Part shown: one piece after another, positions 62,126-64,000 of the stretch
How positions within the stretch are numbered: the first letter of the stretch is position 1
Layout: each line of letters begins with the position of its first letter
Assembly: GCF_006345805.1 (NCBI RefSeq)
Contig: NC_043000.1
Coordinates: forward strand, 3,286,001 to 3,350,000
From: Octopus sinensis
Lineage: Eukaryota
Length of the DNA stretch: 64,000 nt
Direction: 5' to 3'
Made by a program: the position numbers and the translations under genes
Notes under the pieces: generated by a model
What the model saw: the letters and a program-made list of their open reading frames with translations, nothing else
Told to the model about the DNA's origin: nothing
The model's database searches: none

Positions 62126-63153
62126 TATGCTAAAATGAGAAGGGTGCAAGAGTGTTAGTTTGAGGGAAATGTGGTGGCATAGTGAGTGTGACTGATATCA
62201 GGGAAGGGGAGAACAGCATTGTGTAAGTGACAGATATGGAGTGGCAGTGGGATGATGATAATGTTAATACAGCAACTGTATACATGCAACACTGCATACA
62301 TACTTTTGGAAATACATAGATACATGCATACATACATGTGCACACACACACACACACACATGCACATAAGTAACTTTTAAAATGCTGAGGAAGGGAAAGA
62401 AAGGTGGGTGTGAGGAATACGTAGCTTTAAGGAGAGGGGATAGGCGGCTTTTTTGCTGTCCATCAGAAAGAAACACTCACATACAGACATATACACATAC
62501 ATACATACATATATATACATATGTATATACATACATACATATGTCTACTATACACCATTTTAAACTCATGATTACCTGTGTGTATGTTTGTAAATGTGTG
62601 TGTGTGACATCCTATAACTGTCTGTCTCTCGAATTTTGTAGGGTCTTCCCTGTTTCTATCATATATTGTAAAATTTTAAAATTACATAAAATTTTCAGAT
62701 TTGGTATACTGAAATAATATTCCACATTAAATCAATTTTGTTATTTATTTGTTCCAGAAAAATTGCAGAAAAATGTTACTGAGGTTTAAGTTTAATAAAT
62801 GTTACTTAATCAGAAAACAGGATTTGGAAGCTGGCATTTTCTGCATGATAGCTGTCTATCAGGAATTTTTATTAAAAAAATAAAAGCAAAGCATTACAAC
62901 GACCAAAGTTGTAAGAACTTCTGAAATTTTAATAAGTTTTAATGAGTAAAGTCATGTGAAACGGTCAAACAGACATGTAAATAATTTGAAAAGGAAACAA
63001 ATCCTCAACAAAGATTTTTTGTGAAAAATTGCACAAATCTGTCCTGATTAAGAGACCTATCTGTGGGGGAAGGCATGGTCCAACATGGAATAAACAAAAA
63101 TTTATATAAGACATTCTATTGTAAAAATTGCCCTGCAACAACAGGCTATTTAG

Positions 63154-63218
<65 letters not shown>

Positions 63219-63219
<1 letters not shown>

Positions 63220-63413
63220 TTGCCATGATAGATCAGTAGCCACTACACACATTTTCTTTCTCTCCTTGTTTCTTTCTGTGTTCCTTTCTGTGGAAGAGCG
63301 TAGGCTCGAAACATAAAAGACTTTTTCAATTCCTGAGTGTTATACTAATACATCTGTTTGTTTTCTACACCACCTGTCTTCGTCTTTTGTTTTTTGTTTT
63401 TTTCGTGAATTCT

Positions 63414-63418
<5 letters not shown>
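63219..63418 (+). mobile_element. Short Penelope-like remnant with a variant hammerhead motif (63284-63319)
   Basis: CTTT-CTGTGGA-A-GAGC-gtag-GCTC-GAAA-CATA-AAAG; same family as 25335-25558. Confidence 0.6.
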
Positions 63419-63458
<40 letters not shown>

Positions 63459-63511
63459 TACATACATACACATACACACACACACGCACACACATATATA
63501 TACATACATAC

Positions 63512-63698
63512 GTAAATGGCACCCATGCTGGTAGCACTCATTGCACTCTTGACGTTAGGAAGGGCATCCAGCTGTAAAAACCATGCCAAATCAGACTGAA
63601 GCCTGGTGCAGCTTTCCAGCCTTGCCAGCCCTGTTCAAACTGTCCAAGCCATGCCAGCATGGACAACAGGCGTTAAAAGATGACGATGATGATGATAC
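63512..63698 (+). mobile_element. RTE LINE 3'-end copy (degenerate)
   Basis: GTTAGGAAGGGCATCCAGC...(GAT)n. Confidence 0.8.
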
Positions 63699-63729
63699 AT
63701 ATATATATATCTCAAGTTGTACAAACCTT

Positions 63730-64000
63730 GAAGGTACATGGCTTAGTGGTTAGGGTAATTGGCTCATGAACATAAGGTTGTGAGTTCGATTCCTGGAGGT
63801 GCGTTGTGTCCTTGAGCAAGGCATTTTATTTCACATTGCTTCAGTCCTCTCAGCTGGCAAAAATGAGTAGTACATGTAATTCAAAGGACCAGCTTTGTCA
63901 CATTCTGAATCTCCTTGAGAACTAGGTTAATGGTATGCATATCTGTGGAGTGCTTAGCCACTTACACATTAATTTCATGAGCTGGTTGTTTCGTTGATTG
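63730..64000 (+). mobile_element. tRNA-derived SINE, tail type C (runs off the window)
   Basis: B box GAGTTCGATTCC, core and C tail. Confidence 0.75.

Overview
AT-rich, microsatellite-saturated eukaryotic DNA. The SINE/LINE repertoire and repeat density look like a coleoid cephalopod, most likely Octopus; this is inferred from recalled repeat motifs, not from a search. I find no confidently supported host protein-coding gene. Almost all listed ORFs are microsatellite or repeat artefacts, and only a few isolated splice-bounded candidates exist. The window is a mobile-element graveyard. It holds one near-intact RTE-clade LINE (APE + RT, with a C4HC3 PHD-type finger inserted inside the RT domain, broken only by three clustered 1-nt deletions) and more than a dozen 3'-end copies of it with variable 3'-UTR tandem arrays. 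It also holds about 40 tRNA-derived SINE copies from several modular families, Tc1, mariner, Tigger/pogo, hAT (Buster/Charlie), piggyBac-type and Helitron derivatives, and an R4/Dong fragment. The most interesting unannotated signal is a set of short, ORF-less elements carrying type I hammerhead ribozyme motifs with palindromic stem III, as in Penelope-like elements: one canonical (37109-37151), one with an extended stem I (3108-3183, minus) and five variant or decayed ones. Also notable are fold-back palindromes (7419-7658, 26236-26703, 61525-61872), closely spaced inverted SINE pairs, and an internally inverted hAT transposase.
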